64,000 nucleotides of DNA from Anthoceros angustus. Lineage: Eukaryota; Plantae; Anthocerotophyta. The notes below the pieces were generated by a model that was not told the DNA's origin, made no database searches, and saw nothing but the letters and a program-made list of their open reading frames with translations. Below, in pieces: positions 60,001-64,000 of this stretch (position 1 is its first letter; every line of letters starts with the position of its first letter). The stretch spans positions 248,001 to 312,000 of the forward strand of contig MU008179.1 in the NCBI GenBank assembly GCA_010909165.1, in the 5' to 3' direction. The position numbers and the translations under genes were made by a program.

Positions 60001-60533
60001 CAGACGTACCCATTGTAGTAGTCTGCATTGAAAGAAGACTGTCAAACACAACAACCAGAAACAGGCAGGTCCAAGACGTCAGTTAAGGAAGACAGAGGGC
60101 ACAGAAGCTATAGCAGCATAGCTAATTTCCAATCAACTGGATTCCTCGGACCGACAACTTTCAGATTGTCCCCGACATCCATGCTCATGCTCCCAACAAA
60201 TCACTACCCCCCAGATTCTTCATCCTTGTGGATGGGCGAAGTTCAGGACCCACAAAAAGAGGGGATGTACCTGCACCGGGCCGGCAACTGCATACCCACA
60301 AGCACAATGCATCCCATGATGTTCACAATTGAGGTCTCTGCTAGCCATGCTCTGTAAGCTAACCACTTACCTCCCTTCCCTTCCCTTATGGCCCCGGCAG
60401 CTGAACTGACTTAGCAGATGAGAACATTGCATGATGCATCGCTTGTGACACTGGCAGACACAACTTCAGCTTTCCCTTTCCCTTTGCTAAATCCCAACAT
60501 ACCATGTAGTCTGTCTCCCCATCGCTAATGCCC
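57080..60533 (-). CDS. Afadin/alpha-actinin-binding (ADIP/SSX2IP-like) coiled-coil protein, multi-exon; ends approximate (start 60188 or 60533)
   Basis: FADIGNLDHCMKYLNQTLVTFGFPAPLNL; QLEKLQQERDEFQRMVIGSQ; QQSHELKKKEKDYIKLQ; VDAYETKKQELMVENQDLRGLLRSMQ; DMREFLN. Confidence 0.85.
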
Positions 60534-61532
60534 ATTTCGAATCGCTTCTTTCCACAAGAGTCACTCAAAGAACATCCCAGGGACCTGCCGATACGAGGTC
60601 CGGGATAACGAGACACCTTCCGCAATCAGTGTCCTTGTCTGACAAAGGCTGTCAGCGCCAGAGGACCTGCTGGGCCGTGTCAACTACATCCAGAGTGGAG
60701 GAATGCAGCCTCTCCAAGATCTCCAATCCCCACCAGCGCAAGCTGTCGAAGAAGGCCAATTGCAATCGCCCAAGACAAAGGAAGCGGCAGATCCACCACC
60801 ACGAGAAGCAGTCGTACTACACCGTCTGCATCTGGACCGACAGCATGAGGGGGCAATGCACCCGGCACGGAAGCTTAGCACGAAGGTTGGAAGCCTGGAA
60901 GGCTGGTTGGTCCCCGCAGGCAACGTGGAGGAACAAAGCCGGCCCCGATCTCAGAAAGTGCACACAAGCGGCGGGAAGCGGGCGAGAAAGCCGAGTGGCA
61001 TAAGCAAGAAAGCAGAAACGCGGCAATTGGCACAGGATTAGAGCGAGCGGGAGGGGCAGGAAGGATGGGCCCGACAACAGAGGCGTGCGCAGGTGCACAT
61101 GCCACCAGAGAGAGAAGCAGTGGCGATGCGACAGCTTCCAAATTGGAGCACCACGGTGCCACGAGGCCGGAGCAACAAGGCAAGGGCAAGGCCAAGCAAG
61201 CAGGAACCTGGAAGAGAGAGAGATGTGTCCAGACACAAGAAGCGACCGGCCCTCTTGTGACAGTTCCCGTTGCACTTCAGCTGAGCGTGACGCGCCTTCA
61301 AGCCGGCGGATCTTCCGGTCACAGCCGGCTCCTTAACTTGAAAATAGAGACGTTATGCTCCTCTCTCCTCGAAACGCTCAGCCGGCCCATTTGCTGCTCA
61401 CGTTCTGCTTGGTCACCGCCTTTTTTTCGCTGTGCCCACACTCCTCGCGACACACCGATATTGGTAGCCACAAAACCGCCGTCCTTGCTAACAGCTGAGC
61501 TTGCACCATCAAATGCGGGCCTGCCCTCACGT

Positions 61533-62356
61533 TCACTCATCGTCCTCCTCCTGCAGAAATGAGGACCATCTGGACGCGCAATTTTTCCTAATCGGCTCCC
61601 CGGCAGGAGGCACCCGATCTGGCGAAGCCTTCCTTTTCCCTTGCTTGTTTATCGTGATGTTGTTCTTCGGGCTAGTGGTGAGCTGAGCAAGAGGCTTTCT
61701 TCTTGCACGCTCGTCTCCTCGTTTCTGCTTCGGTCTGGCAGCTGTAGAATCATAAGTTATGCCGGCTTTCCGCTTCGCACATCGGGGATCGGGAAAACTT
61801 GTGACGTATCTACGGTCTTCACGTGTGTCATTAGGGTCTTCCAGGTCGTCACAGTCCTGGAGGGAGGAAACACGGGCAATTGGATCTCAGTTTCTTGACT
61901 GTGAGTGGATCTACCCTGGAGGGGGATGAGGTGGAGTGGTGTGCGACTGACCTGGTCGGATAAATACTCCGCCCATTTGCTGGGGAGGTGATTCGCTTCA
62001 ACAGCAGGCTGCTCCGAGCAGTCTTGCACGACACCCTCAGGTTGTTGTGCGAGCTCCATAGCGGCCGAGTGTGCTGCCGATCCAGCAGAGAGGTTGAAGT
62101 CCTGGACAAATGTGCGGAGCTCCTTGGCTGTGATGGAGCTCGCGTACACCTTAACCTCCGATTGCTTCTCGTTGCAGATGGCACAGGTCCATTTGTAGCC
62201 TGGCTTCCTTGCCTGCTTCACCTGGAGGAGAAGCACAGCACAGAATGGGTTGTGTCAGGGAGTAGGGTGAGTGGTGAGAAGCTGGTGTGCTCTTGTTGCG
62301 AAACCTGCCTGCATCATTGAGCACTTGTAGCACCGCAAAGCAACAAACCCTGTCAT
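61533..62356 (-). CDS. MRNIP: MRN complex-interacting protein, 3 exons
   Basis: MTGFVALRCYKCSMMQ|VKQARKPGYKWTCAICNEKQSEVKVY...SKWAEYL and C-terminal SRWSSFLQEEDDE*. First intron is GC-AG. Confidence 0.85.
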
Positions 62357-63401
62357 CGCTTGAACTGAAGCCGCTGGATTCAGTTCCCTCGAAACACTAC
62401 CCTTGATCTCTGCTGAAGCCTTTCAGCTGCTGCCCGATTCCTCGCTGCCTCCTCGAATTGCTCTTTGGCTCCAAATTCAAAACAAAAGCACGAGGGAAGG
62501 GCGGGATTCCCAATTCCCATTGGAGTTTTCAAAGGTTTTTCAAATTTCCTTTTGCTGGGTCGTAAAATGGAGTTGATGGGGTGAAGCTGTCAGTGCAGAG
62601 GCATGGCTATGCACTGATAGATGTGGGGATGGCTTTAGGGGCCAGCCTGCTCCTGGGCCGGCCTACCAACCAGATGAATTCGGACCTAAACCACAATGCA
62701 CAGGGGTTAGGCCTCACGTTCTTGTGTAAGACTGCTGATATGCTGCTATACCTTCTACACCTACACTCATAAGGACATACAGATGCTACAAATTGTGTAG
62801 GAAAAGGAAAGACGGCCTGATGCTCTGCTGCTTGACTTCGAGCAGTGACACCTATACACTCACGGCACAAGTCAATGTGCACAACGGCTGCACAAGCGAA
62901 CTGGAAATCAAGACTTCGCTGACTGATACACACACAATGATAGATTGGCCTCGACACACAAGAGATGCTCAAAGAAATAAAGATGGATCATTGTACCGCG
63001 ACCTTGTGCTTGCTTTGGCTCAACACCTTGTTTACGGCCTTATGATTGCTTATGTATAAATCATTGAGGCCTAAATGATTTATACATCTGCCATGCCCCT
63101 CACGGCCATCCACTACAGCTGGATGAGGGCAAGGCCCTCCACACATCTCCCGATGGGCTCTGCAAAAGTTGGCAAGCGTTCCATGCCCAGATTTCATCCT
63201 GCCTTGCACAATACACAGTCACGCGGCTCTGGAAATTGGTACATTTCACTCACAAATGTATGTACATTTCTACACAAATGGCATTATACATCTGACATAT
63301 ATACATAACACTGTACAAGTTTCTAGAGGCGACACCTCCCAGCCGGAGGTCACTTTCTAGGTGCTGAGTGCCCCAGGCTGGACTATCAGCAGCCAGCCTG
63401 C

Positions 63402-64000
63402 TCACAGCATTCTGATGATACACAGGTTATACAAATCCAAGTACAAGTACAACAGGCAATTCTCAATTAGACCTTCTCGTGTGAGCCTCCTGCAAAGCTC
63501 CAAATATGTGTTGACTAACTGAGCTTTTTGCAGACCGTGCAGAACGGCATGAATCACCTTCTCCTCTGGAATTAGTCCCCGATCCAACATAAGCTGCACT
63601 GCATCTGCTGCATATGCATGATAGCCGCCCTTCACAAACCCTCCAATAAGGCAGGAAAACGTTTTCTTCGTTGGTGACATACTTGACAATCTCATGCTCT
63701 CGAGGATACGTAGAGCAGCTTCTTTCTGGTTTGAATGTGCGCAAATCCCAATAATTGTGTTATACACTTCTATGGAAGGCTCACGCCCGGCCAGTTTCAT
63801 CTGCCACATGGATCTCTCTGCCTCTAATCCCTTTCCTGCAATGGACTGATATGTCAGACCATGTCATGCAATACGCCCCTCCCGGCAAAATTAAAAAAAA
63901 GGTGGAAACACATACCAGCAATGCAATAGATTGCAACCAGCCTTTCGTAGACTACAGGTGCAAAGGTGGGTCTGGACTCCTCATCTTCCAAAGCCCACTT
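63402..64000 (-). CDS. P-class pentatricopeptide repeat protein, 3' end (gene continues beyond the window)
   Basis: VYERLVAIYCIA|GKGLEAERSMWQMKLAG.EPSIEVYNTIIGIC...TFSCLIGGFVKGG...LYLYLDLYNLCIIRML*. Confidence 0.85.

Noticed and set aside
61319-61540. 73-aa ORF whose ATG overlaps the MRNIP stop (possible bicistron)
   Set aside because: No recognisable domain, and short ORFs are expected by chance at this GC content.
1-64000. tRNA, rRNA and snRNA genes
   Set aside because: No cloverleaf/T-loop consensus or rRNA/snRNA signature recognised by eye; tRNAscan-SE or Infernal would be needed to exclude them.

Overview
Eukaryotic nuclear DNA from an early-diverging land plant; a hornwort/bryophyte-grade genome is inferred from compact genes with 60-170 nt introns, a GRAS gene, P- and PLS-class PPRs and TTTAGGG motifs. 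Gene islands: PSMG4 and CAF1 (1.4-3.8 kb); MET1/ZKT, an XS-domain gene, an HSPA12-like Hsp70, an SCL14-like GRAS, ataxin-10 and an F-box gene (20-36 kb); a DSP8-like phosphatase, an ADIP/SSX2IP-like gene, MRNIP and a PPR gene (54-64 kb). Two decayed TE blocks separate these islands (about 5.7-19.5 kb and 37-53.6 kb). The most notable element is a Ty3/gypsy-like retroelement remnant (about 12.5-18.05 kb) carrying gag, protease and a recognisable C5 cytosine DNA methyltransferase domain with no visible RT or integrase, nested in a copia element. Also present are a gypsy integrase ending in a PHD finger and followed by an unexplained ORF, three CRE-clade non-LTR fragments, and two copies of an unclassified coiled-coil-ORF element. 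All family assignments are by manual motif recognition; no searches were run. Many 1-nt deletions in GC-rich regions could be long-read consensus errors rather than real mutations.
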